From NCBI GenBank assembly GCA_964106915.2, contig OZ066914.1: 64,000 nt of DNA. One strand, given 5' to 3'. Shown here in pieces: positions 14,336 to 26,614 of the stretch. The notes under the pieces are model-generated. The model saw only the letters and a program-made list of their open reading frames with translations, did no database searches and was not told where the DNA came from. Both the position numbers and the translations under genes were made by a program. This DNA comes from Podarcis gaigeae (lineage: Eukaryota). Numbering within the stretch: position 1 is the stretch's first letter; every line of letters starts with the position of its first letter.

Positions 14336-15342
14336 CATATAGCATCAGCAATAAAGTGCTTACATTTGATAGGTAATGCAAGTGAAGTGGAAGGAATAGG
14401 TTTAATCCCCACTGAGGGCAGCGTGTACAGCACAAGTGCTTTACTACTGAAGTAACTTCTGCAGCAAACTACTTCTGTTTGAGAAATAAGTAAATATATA
14501 TAGTTTTTTGGCCTAAGGACTCCCACGGTAGGTACAAATGAACCCAGGGAATTCTAAGCATACATTGTGAACTATAATCTGTTCAATCTTTGAGGAAAGC
14601 CTTGGCAATTGAAAATGTACAACTGGCAATCTGATATCACCAAGTTAGCACTGTTACATCACTTCCACGAGTGGAACTGTTCCTTAAAATAGATGGTGGA
14701 GCGATTTGGAAGTTGGTAGATTAAAAGAACACATCCCAAAGTGCAGAGTTTAAAATATGCCCCTGCACATTCTACCAGCTGTAATCTTTTTTTCTTTTTT
14801 TGTAAAGAAAAAAATATTGGAAGATTTTTCTTCCAATGTGCAACAGACAATTTTTCTTGCACCATTATAGATCATTCCTGTCTCGAATGCTGAAGAACCA
14901 CAGCATTTTTCACATTCCAGCCAAAGTGCATCTTCTACATACAGCACCCTTCAGAAATCATAGAAGTCCCCCCCCCCCCCCTTGAACCTTTTCTCTCATG
15001 GTTAAATACATCAGAATGTGTGTTGCTTTAAGGGCCTGGCTACCTTAATTTATGTTTATGCTGGCTACCTTTTTATTTATGTTCAGGGGTTTGATGCCAC
15101 AATTTTAAATAAAATTGCTCATTCTTTGCTAATCCCATATGTAATTGGAGCCCTGTTATAAACAGTGGTATTGCCAGTGCACTGGGAGGCATGTAAGAAG
15201 AACTGACAGTGACTTGGCATGGTGTAGCACAAACACATGTGCATATGGACTGCTGGAGCTTGGAGATCTGAAGCCATGCCTCTCAGGCTAGGAGCAAGTA
15301 CAGAAAGAAGATCAGCCCCTTTGTGGTCTTTACTCTCTACTA

Positions 15343-15552
15343 GAGAGCCAATGTGGAACAGTGGTGGACTCGTAATCTGGTGAACTGGGTTTACGTCCCT
15401 GCTCCTCCACATGCAGCTGCTGGGTGACCTTGGGCTAGTCACACTTCTCTGAAGTCTCTCAGCCTCACTCACCTCACAGAGTGTTTGTTGTGGGGGAGGA
15501 AGGAAAAGGAGAGTGTAGCTGCTTTGAGACTCCTTAGGGTAGTGATAAAGTG
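15343..15552 (+). mobile_element. tRNA-derived SINE with an L2-type tail (Squam3-like), running into the assembly gap
   Basis: gagagccaatgtgg...ctgggtgaccttgggctagtcac...ctctcagcctcactcacctcacag. Confidence 0.7.
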
Positions 15553-15690
15553 NNNNNNNNNNNNNNNNNNNNNNNNNNNNNNNNNNNNNNNNNNNNNNNN
15601 NNNNNNNNNNNNNNNNNNNNNNNNNNNNNNNNNNNNNNNNNNNNNNNNNNNNNNNNNNNNNNNNNNNNNNNNNNNNNNNNNNNNNNNNNN
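15553..15690. other. Assembly gap (138 N)
   Basis: Run of N. Confidence 1.
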
Positions 15691-16857
15691 TCTGCCTGTC
15701 ACTGTATCTCCTTTGCAATAACCACCTGTATGATTTTTTTCAAGGTCACAGCCACTTTATCAAAATAAATCTTCTCAATGCTCTCACCAGCTCAGCAGCA
15801 GACCAACATTACTTGTGATGCTTCTTAGGGCTCTGTCAGTAGATCAATGGCCATGCTGTCGCTGTCTGGCAACGCTGATTTGGCACTGGTGGCAACAATG
15901 AAAAGTGGAAAGCCCTGGAAGTGCACACTTTCAGAGCCATTTTAGGTGTTGGTATCATCATCTTCTAGGCCCAAAGGAAAGGCAGTATTCACTTCTGTGA
16001 TTTTTATCCAGTAAGGTGCTGTTGGATCTCTCTGACCTTGTGTAGCAACATAAGATTTACCTTTAACCACCTGTAAAGGCTGTAGTTCTGTTCAGGATTT
16101 AAATGTATAGAAATTAAGTTTCTCCAGTTTAGAAGAGACTGCACTTCTCCTTTTCTGCGCGCGCGCGCACACACACACACACGGGGGGGGGGAGGGAGAG
16201 AGAGTCTTGATTGAAATTTCAGGATGTGCAAAGCTGATTATTATTTGATGGAAATCAGCTTAATGTCTGTAGCATCTGAAATGGAAGCTTTCTAGTAAAA
16301 TATACAGCTAAGGTTGATTGCTCTGAACAAAATGATGAGCAGAGAAATATCTATCATAATAAAACCTTACACTGATTGGGCAGATGGTAGCTTAACACAA
16401 CTTAGGGGAAAATAGAAGAGATAGAATGGCTTTTTGTGTAACACAAAGAGAAGCCCACCAAGGTTTTCTGGCCTTAATAGCCACCCAGAAACTTGGGGTC
16501 AACAGCTATCTGCCCGTCCCTTAAGGAGCAGCATATTGCACTTGGCCTCAGGCTGTGCGTCTGAATCTTAACATGAGGTTAGAGATGATCCCCACATCCA
16601 CCTTATGGAAGACAGAAGGGCAGTGTTCCTGCTGTGCTTTAAATGCCCACAAAAACAAGCTCTCCAGCTTGCAGCTGCAAAGGGATGGGTAGGGATTGCC
16701 CAGCAGTTCCACTGCATTTCAGAGGCTTTGGGAGGGCTTTGGAATCCATTGCAAAGGAAGCAGACGATAGCTGTCCTTTTGCATTGCAGTTCTTTCCATG
16801 TGCCTTGGAAGCACGGGACAAAGACAAACCCCAGCCTTCTTATTTAATTTCAAGCTG

Positions 16858-16859
<2 letters not shown>

Positions 16860-16890
<31 letters not shown>
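16860..16890. repeat. (GT)n microsatellite
   Basis: Directly visible. Confidence 0.95.
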
Positions 16891-16892
<2 letters not shown>

Positions 16893-17953
16893 GGGAAGAC
16901 TGTTCATACCATTGAGTTGTGCTTTCAGGCACCTCTGAATTGCAGTGCAACAGCAGGGAGATTCTCTGCATCGAGGATGCAGTTCCTTATGCATACCACA
17001 ATGAGCATGGAAGTCATAACCCCTCTCTTAACACAAGTTATCTGAATGCAGCCCTGATGTACTTTCTTGTAATTTCCAGCTGTTACAGGGGTCACTAAAC
17101 ACACAGTCCTTATAGGTGTTTTAAAATCCATGTTCATTATTGACCAAGGTGGTGCTCCTTGAATCAGAGATTCTGCAAACAGTAATAGAAAATTCAGACT
17201 TCCCTACCAAGGGCTGCCATACTGAAAAGAACTCTTGTGTGAAAGACTTCAAGCAAAGCGAAAGATGAAAGTTGGTGTTGATTAATTTTGACATGACAAA
17301 GTTCTGCTCATCTTCAAAGAGCATTTGTCTCGTTCTATTTTTGAAGGTAGTAGAGGGCAGGGGATGAAGGTCACCCACTTGGAAGAACAATAGCGTTGGG
17401 GTACTTGCAAAATGAAATTGAAAAGGAGGAAGGCATCCACTATGAGGGCTTTACCAGAAATGGACAAAACCTGTTTGTGAGATCCTTATTTGTAAAAGAT
17501 GATAGATAAATGATAGATAAATAGTGTACGTTGCCTGGTACTGAACTGAAAATGGAAGCAGGTAGAAATATAAATACCACAAGATTTCTCAAGTTACAGA
17601 AGAAGGGGATATTGACATTGGCTTGTTTCCCCCCACAAAAAAGGAGAGGGAATTTTTTAAAAAAAAAATCATTTCCAATGCTACCAGAACTGGAGGGCAC
17701 ATAATGAACTGTAAAAGAAAATAGCAAATGTATGATCATGCTATGCTGCACCTCTTCTCAATAAGAAGGTTTTTTCTAATGTGTAGCAAACTCTTTTTTT
17801 GCTGGTTGAGAATGTAGAGCTACATGGTACGGTTGATGCCGTACACGACAGCTCCAACTATATAATAATAATAATAATAATTTATACCCCACTTTCCCCA
17901 GCCAGAGCCGGGCTCAGGGCGGCTAACACCAGTAAAATTACAGTAAAAACATA

Positions 17954-18181
17954 CAGTCATACCTCGGGTTGAATGTGCTTCAGGTTGAGCGCTTTCGGGT
18001 GGCGCTCTGCGGCAACCCGGAAGTAACGGAGCACGTTACTGCCTGGTTTCGCCACTTGCGCATGTGCAGACGTTCAAAATGACATCACACGCATGCACGG
18101 AAGCAGCAAAATGCGACCCGCGCATGCGCAGACATGCCATCATGTCTTACGTTCCATTCAGGATGCGAACGGGTACCACTG
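17954..18181. mobile_element. Tc1/mariner MITE nested in a minus-strand LINE (L2-like) tail at about 17863-18268
   Basis: Ends cagtcatacc and ggtaccactg with a TA TSD. The host repeat, which starts with (AAT)n-tttatacccc, continues on both sides. Confidence 0.8.
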
Positions 18182-18373
18182 TAATAGGAAAAGAAAAACC
18201 AATTTAAAATACAGGTTAAAATGCAATTTAAAATGCAGCCTCATTTTAAAAGTAGCCCATAGATCATATAAATGTGCAGCTGGAAGATGGTCATTTAAAA
18301 ATATTATGTTACTGTTGCTATATATAAATTCTAGAGAGAATTCAGGAATTCTGTTCTTTTTTTCCTTTTTTAG

Positions 18374-18454
18374 GTATATAGAAATCTTGAAGGAGCATAA
18401 ACCTAAGCTGGTTTGGGATGAACAAATAGCTGAACACTATTTTGAATACAAAAA
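18374..18454 (+). CDS. CHID1: CHID1 (chitinase domain-containing protein 1 / SI-CLP) internal coding exon, third from last: (R)[26 protein letters not shown](K)
   Basis: Polypyrimidine tract and AG end at 18373, with a GTGAGT donor at 18455. The 81-nt exon is phase 2/2. The peptide resembles the recalled human CHID1 RYIQTLKDHRPRMVWDSQASEHFFEYKK. Confidence 0.93.
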
Positions 18455-19964
18455 GTGAGTTGCAATCATAAAATGTCCCCCCCCTTTAATATTCATTTGT
18501 TTATTTTTATACAAAATTCATGGGAGCAACTGCCTCCAGATTTTACTTTACTCAAAGAAGAGGAATGAAAAACTGTTGTTGTTGTTTTATTGAAAAAGTA
18601 GAAAACAGCATAATAATCAGTTCAGCAATACTCAGTGCGATTAGATCAATAGCAGGATTTTGCCACCTTTACAATAGACAAGTGCCACTCCTTTAAGGAA
18701 AATAAGAGGATTCAGTGAGGAGTTACTGTGAAACTATCCTTGATTTTAATAGCAATCCAGTTAAAATTATGCACGTAAATCAGGATACACTTTATTTTGT
18801 TGGAAATTAGACACCAACCAATTCTCAAAAAGTAGCTTTCAAAGGGTGACATTAAATGTTGGGTTATTCCAGTTGCTCTGTCTCCACAAGTATATCAGAT
18901 CCCCCTCCAACCATATGCTGTTCTGGGGTTTCTCCTGACCCCGTTCCCTGAGCCAATTTTAGGGGTCCAGAAGAACATGGTGGGGAAGAGTTGGGGAAAA
19001 CCCCTACAGCGCAAGGGAAACCCTTGCTTAGGGCGTCCGCTGATGGGGTTCGTTAGGTAAATCCTGCCCAATGTCTCTTGTGGCATACTTAAACTGGCCA
19101 CTTTTTAATTGCAAGAGCCCCATGTTGGTATCCTACTTGAAAATCACCGCTCCCTGGTTGCTCCTACATGTACTGTTTGCAGCAAACAGCGCCTTTGGGT
19201 GCAAATGGCAGTATTAGTGAGCAAACGTAAGCGAGCTTTTGAAAAATGTGAATAACGTGTAGCTTGGCCCTAAGCATGTCCTCAGAGAATTGAATGCCAA
19301 GAGACATTGAATTTAAGCAGTGCAGGTTGGGGTGAGGGTCTACCATTTGCCTTTAGATCCTTTTAAGACCACAACTCAGAAAAAGAGTGAAACCTTATCT
19401 GTGGCATTCCACCACGTGCCCCTTTCTGAACAGTTGCTCATCTCCTTGCTTTCCATTAGGTAGTGACCACCTATATAATGGTTTGACCAAAGCACTTTCC
19501 TCTTCCACCTTCCCACCCCCTCACTTTAGATGGATTTTGGCTACCCACACGGCAGAAAAGTATGTCCACTTGTGAAGCATCTCATCCGCAGTCACTGAGA
19601 AGTCTAGATTCTAAACTAAATGCAAAAGCCAAGAAATGAAATCATGTTTAAACAACTTATGCTCACCTTCAAAATCCTTTGTCCTTCAATCAGCCATTGA
19701 TTATACTAGAAGCTGCTTTTGGACAGCTTTGCTAGTTCTGAGTTTTTTTCAGCCTGCAGGCTCCTTAAAGTACAGTCTCTGTCTCTGTCACTCTTTCTTA
19801 GTATGAACTTCTTTATTTTATTGTACAAACAACCCATAATTCTTTGTCTCTCCCTTCTCTGTTCCCTGGAAAGAAACAATTTCACGGTGGGATAAAATAC
19901 ACAAGATATATGTCTCATGATAATATCAATTTTCATAACTGTTTTCTCTTTTTGTGCTTTGTAG

Positions 19965-20007
19965 AAGTAAAGGAGGCAAGCATGCAGTCTTCTATCCAAC
20001 TTTAAAG
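19965..20007 (+). CDS. CHID1: CHID1 penultimate coding exon (43 nt): (K)SKGGKHAVFYPTLK
   Basis: tttgtgctttgtag acceptor and GTATGC donor at 20008. Joins in frame to both neighbouring exons (AA|A = Lys). Matches the recalled SRSGRHVVFYPTLK. Confidence 0.93.
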
Positions 20008-20283
20008 GTATGCACCCTTCTGTTTTGGAAACAAAAAGGAACATGGCCAAAGGCTCAATCTGATTTTAATGGAGTTGGAATGCATCCAAAGCGCGAGTTT
20101 ATTTTATATACAGTTACTCCAAGGCAGGATGTATACATTAGCTGAATAAATTGGTTGCACATTACATTCTTCTGTTTGCTAGGAATAAATTGTCAGATTA
20201 CTTAATGACAAAAATTCAAGGCAAATGCTGTTTAGTTTAATGGCTTCTTATGAAATAAAATGAAAGGTATTTATGCTGCTTAG

Positions 20284-20484
<201 letters not shown>

Positions 20485-20613
20485 AAATATGACATCCTTT
20501 TTTTCATTGACATTTCATCTTCAATCAACTGGAGCTGGAGGGGGGTGCAGGATGGATTTTTTTGTGGGGAGGGGGGCAATGTAATTTATATGGAATCAGT
20601 TTCAAATTTTCCC

Positions 20614-20619
20614 AATAAA
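20614..20619 (+). terminator. Candidate proximal polyadenylation signal of CHID1
   Basis: AATAAA about 130 nt after the stop, with TGTA upstream and a T-rich stretch downstream. Confidence 0.55.
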
Positions 20620-20929
20620 GAGTATCTTTTGAGTTACTGCGCTTCATGTAGTGCATGGAGATGGGTTAAGTAAGGAGAGCTGCCGACTCCAGTGTTCTGA
20701 CAAGGTTACAGGAGAGTTGACTACAGCGAGAGGAGGTAAGAGGTATTTATTTTACTGGTTCTTTTTTCATGTTTAAAGCTAAGTCAGGGTGTAACACTTG
20801 CAAGCCGATGCTTGGCATTCAGTGGGACCTACTCACAGGTAAGGAAGCATAAGATTCCAATCCCTGCAGTTGCACTTTAACTGATTGGATAACGTATGTG
20901 ATGAGAGATGTCAGGAGGGCGGCAACCTG

Positions 20930-22065
20930 TTGATTCTCCCTTTACCTCATGCTGGCTTTTGAGTCTACCATCCGTGGATGACACACGGATCTTCGTTGAT
21001 CCAAGTGACAAACCTGGCTGTTCCTCTGGAAATCACAATCAACCACAGCATCCTTCTGACGGCTCTGGGAGTTGGTGGCATGGTATTGTGGTGCTTCTAC
21101 TTCTACTTGCAGACTGATTTGCAGAGGGTTGCACAGGGGGACTTCTATTTGGCCACCTGGTGCTTGTGCTATGGGCTTGCACAAGATGCCAGAAGGGATT
21201 CCTCGAGGCCACCTGGGGATTTGGGAGTGCAGTACCACCAGTGTGCTCTTGACACCCAGCTCTGTTTTTCCTTGGCATCTGAGTCAGGAGAGGCTGTGGA
21301 AGTGCTCAGCTGCTTCCTGGATTTGATAAGGGGCTGGTTTTAGGTCAGTAAAACTGAATCTTAACCCCAACAAGATAGGGGTCCTTGGGGTTGATAGTTC
21401 TCAGGTTCACACAGATGGTAGGCAAATAGTTCTGGATGGAGTTGTCCACCTCTTGAAGGGTCAGCTTGCAGGTGCTCCTTGGTCCAGCTTTGTCTTTGGA
21501 GGCCCAGGCGACCTCTTTAGCATGAGATGCCTTTCACTGGTGCATCAGCTGCAGCATCTGCCAACATCCCAACTGGAGTAGTGCGGTGTGTTATTTGTAG
21601 AGCTGCCTCCGAGAATGGTTTGGAAGGCTCACTAGTGCTGGATGCAACAACCAGTTTTGACTGGCACTGCTTGCATGGATGGTATCTGGCCAGTTTTAAA
21701 AGAACCCCACTGGTTGTGCATTCATTTGTGGGCCTTATTCAAAGTGCTGGTGTTGCTTACTTCCAAATGTCACCTCCATCAGAGATTAGGGTTTTGTTAA
21801 AAAAAGGGGGCAAGAACTAGCACCTCAACAATGGATTATCCTCCCTAGCAGATATGCCTTGTGCCATCTTTGCCATCCTTTAAAAGCCAGGCAAAAAACC
21901 TTTTTAGTTACCCAGGCATTTCAAAGCATTTTTCTGTCTCAATTATTTTAGACCTACTATGCTTTTACACACCTTTTAGCTGCTGGTTTTGTTGTCACTT
22001 TTTATTGTTGCTTTGTTTTTCTGCAAACGCCCTTGAAACTTTGGATAGAAGGTGGCATGTGTATT
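20930..22065 (+). mobile_element. Degraded L2-clade LINE, 3' part (RT remnant and tail)
   Basis: TINHSILL..LGVGG.VL.CF.FYL..LQRV..GD...W.L.YG and CALDTQLCFS (a decayed YADDTQLY). Ends in an L2-like tail, gaaggtggcat...tatttattt. Confidence 0.75.
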
Positions 22066-22924
22066 TATTTCTTTTTTATAGTTCTTTTATTACCTTTATA
22101 TCACTCCTTTCTTCCACCATGGAATCCAAGACAGCTCACGTGATTCCCAGGTGGTTACCTATCCAAGCTTTGGCCAGACCCAAACCTGCTTAGATTCAGC
22201 AAGGTGGTGGTCTAATGGACCTTCAGATCACAGTAACTAAAATAATTTCTGTGCAGAGAAGTTCACAGGCCAAGAAAAAGCCCCTGGGGAAGAGACAGGC
22301 TGAACAGGTTGGACGCACTAATAACTTTTAGCATTTTTAAATGCTTAAATATTCTGCTATGGGGTTGCATTCCTTTACTGCTTAATTTAAAGCTTTCTTT
22401 AAGAAGAAATGTTCCTCATATGCTTATTGCATGTATTCATTCAAAATAAAAAGCGCTTTTAAGTGAAGAAGCGTGAGTGTCTGATACCACTGCTCAGAGG
22501 GAATGCTAGGAATGTGATTTCACAGAGAGAGGACAGGAATATTGTACACCACCAGAGACATCTATGAGGTCGTACTTAAAGACCTGCTGATGTTCCCATT
22601 TCTACTCACAGCACTTGCTAAAATAATGGTGGTACTTTTGTCCCCACCCCACTAATTAATCTCAGCAGGGAGCTTGCCTACATCTGCTGTCTTCAAGCAA
22701 ATAAATCCTCTGCAATCCAGTGCTGATTAAAGTCCCATTGATTTTCACCTCTCTGATTCACTTCTGGAGCCTCTTGACTCCATGTGTATTATAAAGTATC
22801 CCACAGCTTTCCTAATCAGGCCCCTGCCCCACTTTGCTGTATCAATACAGCTGTAATTTGCCATGTGGATCTTTCTATTCATTTAACCTGAAGGTTGCTG
22901 GTCCAGTCAAAAGGAATTTGAAGT

Positions 22925-23725
22925 AATAATGGGGGACAGAGGCAGCAGTGTGCAGAGGTAACAGGATCTCCCGGGAGGTGTGCTGTCTTCCAGGTGCAAA
23001 GAGTCATGATGTGAAAGAAAAGTTGCCATGTCTTATAAAGCCCATTGACCACAACCCCTTCCTTCTGATTCATGTAGGTACAAACGATATTGCCAGACAC
23101 AGCCTTCGACATATGACAAGGGCCTATGAGACTGTGCAGGAAGCTGAAGGGCCTTGGGACACAAAAGTGGCTTTTTCAACACTCCTTCCTGTTGAAGGTC
23201 AGGGCCCAGGAAGAGAGAATAATTAAACCACTGGCTGCGCAGGTGGTGTCAGGAAGAGTTTGACTTCTTAGACCATGGTCTCTGCTTCCTTAAGGAAGGC
23301 CTTCTGGCAAGAGATAGACTGCACCTCACAGTGATTGGCAAGAATGTGTTTGCTAAAAGTCTCGCAAACCTGATCAAGAGAGTTTGAAATTAAATCCTAT
23401 GGGGGCGGGGAGAGACAATATTACAGACGACAGGGAAACACCTCATACTGGGGATAATAGCTTCATTGATGCACAGAAAACTGAGGTAATGCTCCAGAAA
23501 CCTGCTAAAGGGCAGGAAACTACAAGAAATCAGCTGGAGGGAATGATTTGTGGTTTCAGTTATCTCTATGCTAATACACAGAGTATGGGAAACAAGCAAG
23601 GTGAATAGGAGCTCTTTTTATTTGTAGCTTTTTACAGTTTTATATATACATATCATATTTTCATCCTTATATATAATGAATAGGAGCTTTTAATACAGGA
23701 TGGCAGATGTGACCTAATACTATTA
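22925..23725 (+). mobile_element. Degraded CR1 fragment covering the ORF1 esterase (SGNH-like) region and the start of the ORF2 endonuclease
   Basis: REVCCLPGAK...FLLIHVGTND is the CR1 ORF1 motif. YLYANTQSMGNKQGE..ELLIQDGRCDLI corresponds to the ORF2 APE start (CLYTNARSMGNKQEEL). Contains frameshifts and stops. Confidence 0.85.
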
Positions 23726-24118
23726 ATGCCTATTAATAGTGAAACGATCCCCCTCTCCTCTCCCCACATGCTATTCAAAGGGATCTCCTGACACACACCT
23801 CTGACCCAGTTTTGGAGGGTGCAAGAGGCATGCGTCAGGGAGGAAAGGGGGAAAATCCCAGTTCCACATATCCTTGTGCAGAGCATCTGCTGACAGGAGT
23901 CATTAGTTAAATCCCACCCAATGTTTCTACATTTGCACTGTGCTCTCCTATCCCCATACAACTTGGGAACAATCTCTGCTGTGGGTCAGGCAGGAGGGAA
24001 AAGTGGTGGTAATAATGATGCCTCTGTAGGGGGTTCCCCCTGCCAAAAAATTTAAAAACTTGGGAACAACTAGGGAAAAGGTGGTTATTATATTATAATG
24101 TTTTAAACTAACATTTAT

Positions 24119-24190
24119 TCAGAGTAGACCCACTGAAATTAATGGACACGATAAACTTACAGGCATTCATTTCAATGAGTCTACTCTGAG
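24119..24190. repeat. Short palindromic interspersed repeat (cagagtagaccc...gagtctactctg), with a diverged copy near 1815-1870
   Basis: Inverted arms are directly visible. Confidence 0.6.
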
Positions 24191-26424
24191 TATAGATTAG
24201 ATGATTACAGCCCAATGCCTTTGCACTGGTCTCCCCCAACTCCCAACCTGGCAACAAGAAAAAGATGATAATTCCCAGGCTAAACCTTGCATGTCATTCC
24301 TTTTGCCTTACCCTTCCAGATTTGTTCCTGATTGGCTCTCCTGGATTTGTTACTGTTTTCCTGTGTTACCTTCATGCTTCTTTCAGCAACTTGTTCAGAC
24401 TGTTAAGTTGAACCCGTAATATAATGCTGCAGTGTAGAGTGTTCCTGTTCAGGATTGCATCCCATCAGCTATGCCATTTTTCTGGATACTCAATTCTGTT
24501 TCCCTGGTCCAGGTAGGGCTTATTTTTCTTCTCCCCTTGTGTTTTCCCCACTTAAAGGTTTTTGTACATCTGCCAACCTTGAAGCTCCTCTGAACCTGCC
24601 AGTTTTGGAATCGTAAGGACTGGCAATTGGAGAATGAGTTTGTTGTTAGCGTATATGGTCGTTTATTCTGTTTGCAATCTGGATGGCAGATCATATAAAT
24701 TCTGAGTGTGTTACTTATACTTTGGAATTTGTTCTGCTTTTAATATGCTATTTTGCAGAGTGCTCACTTTGTGTTAGATGTTTATGTTCAGTTCATTTCC
24801 CCTTCCTCTGGTTTGTTTGCAATCTGATGATCAGTGTGCATGAGTTTCATTTGCAATGTGCACAAGTTTGATGAGGTGCGCATCAATCTGTTTTATTTGG
24901 GTTCTCAAATGTGCTTGAAAGGAGGCAGTTTTGTTGGTGGCAGTGTCATAGTTGGAATTACTTATTTGCAGGAGTCTCTTAACAATGTACAGCAGAACAT
25001 CCACTTAATTAAAAACAAAAGCAAACGAAACACCTTCCATGATTGCGAATGGACTTTATAATCTTCAATAGATCTCGGAGAAATGAAGAACTAATAATTG
25101 ACTGGACTAGCAACATACAAGGACTAGATCATATTGTAGCTGGCCAGCTAAATTTAGGATTGCCTTGTAAATTCAGCTGGTAGAGTCTTACCAGAACATA
25201 GCGAGCAAGAACTGTGGGAGTGTTCATGAGGCACCAACTGCTACTACTATGTCTGGTTCCACATTTAATTTCAGGACTGCCCTTTTTCCAGACATCAATT
25301 AGACAATCTCTCCTGTATACACAAGAAGGATATTGAATGGGGGAGAAACACAATAAGCACCACCACATTAAGCAGTCACAGAGATGATTAACATGTGTAG
25401 TTGATGTTACCTACAAGTCCACGGCACAGGAGCCTGACAGGCTAGTTGAGGTAAATTTCTTCTCCTCTTGACTTTCAATCTGTGGTTTCTTTCAGCTAAG
25501 TGCCCAGACTGCATTCCATTTGTTTCAAGCAAGAGCAGATGCATTCTCCCTCAGCTCTTATTTGTTCATTTTCTTATTAAATTGTGTATCCCCACTCCCT
25601 AGGAGTGCTCTTTTTCAAGGTGACTGTCAACCTGGAATAGGGCCTGAGTAATGCAGTTCAGGGCCTTGGACAGGGGGGATTGACAGAAGGGGAAAGGACA
25701 GGTTTCAACTGCCACTCTAAAATTCTGTTCTCCTACCAACTGTAGGTGAACAGCAATAGCAACCTTGGGGGTTAAGTTTGAAATTTTGGAAAAAGTGCTC
25801 TGGCCGCGCACTTACAAAATGGCTGCTATCAGGGCACAGCATAACACCAAACAGCTGCCACATCTAAAGGGACAGAAAAGGGACCACAAAATGGTGTTGG
25901 CCTGCTCTTCTCCATAAACGGAGGAAGAAAAGTCCCTATATCCCTATGTCACAGAGCTCTTGGCACGTCTCTGTTCTGAACATAATAAAGTGTTGGTGTC
26001 CAATCCTGGCATCCTGCTAAATGTGGGCAACTTTAAGGTGGTCTGCTCATTTTAGGAGAAGCTGACCTAGAACAAACAGGAACTAAGCAGACTCATTTGA
26101 TCTGCCCAACTTTTGGTTCCTTTAGGCCAGACTTCCTCAGCATCGTGCCCTGCAGAAGTGGTTGGACTATGGCTCCCATGGCCGTGCTGGCTGGGGTTGA
26201 AGAAAAAGGGCCCTCAGACCAGCTTGTAACTAACTGTAAGCCGACTAAGTCCACAATAACAGCACCCAGAATCCTTCTTTGGAAAGCCTCCTGCTCCTGG
26301 GCCCCCAAAGCCCTCTGAAATCTCCAGAATTTTACTGGGTAGAAACATTCTACTCAGCCCTACTAGAAACCACCAGCTTATTTGTGGGTGGCTCCACTTC
26401 ATTTCCAAGCTGATAGGCTCTTGT

Positions 26425-26614
26425 GGGACGCGGGTGTCACTGTGGGTTAAACCACTGAGCCTAGGGCTTGTCGATCAGAAGGTCGGCGGTTCAAATCCCC
26501 GCGACGGGGTGAGCTCCTGTTTCTCGGTCCCTGCTCCTGCCAACCTAACAGTTCGAAAGCACGTCAAAGTGCAAGGAGATAAATAGGTACCGCTCCGGCG
26601 GGAAGGTAAACGGC
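26425..26614 (+). mobile_element. Sauria SINE, 3'-truncated
   Basis: gggacgcgggtg...ggttcaaatcc tRNA-like head with A/B boxes. Homology to the other three copies stops abruptly after ggaaggtaaacggc. Confidence 0.88.

Noticed and set aside
15119-15768. Long ORFs spanning the N run
   Set aside because: Artefacts of translating through the gap.
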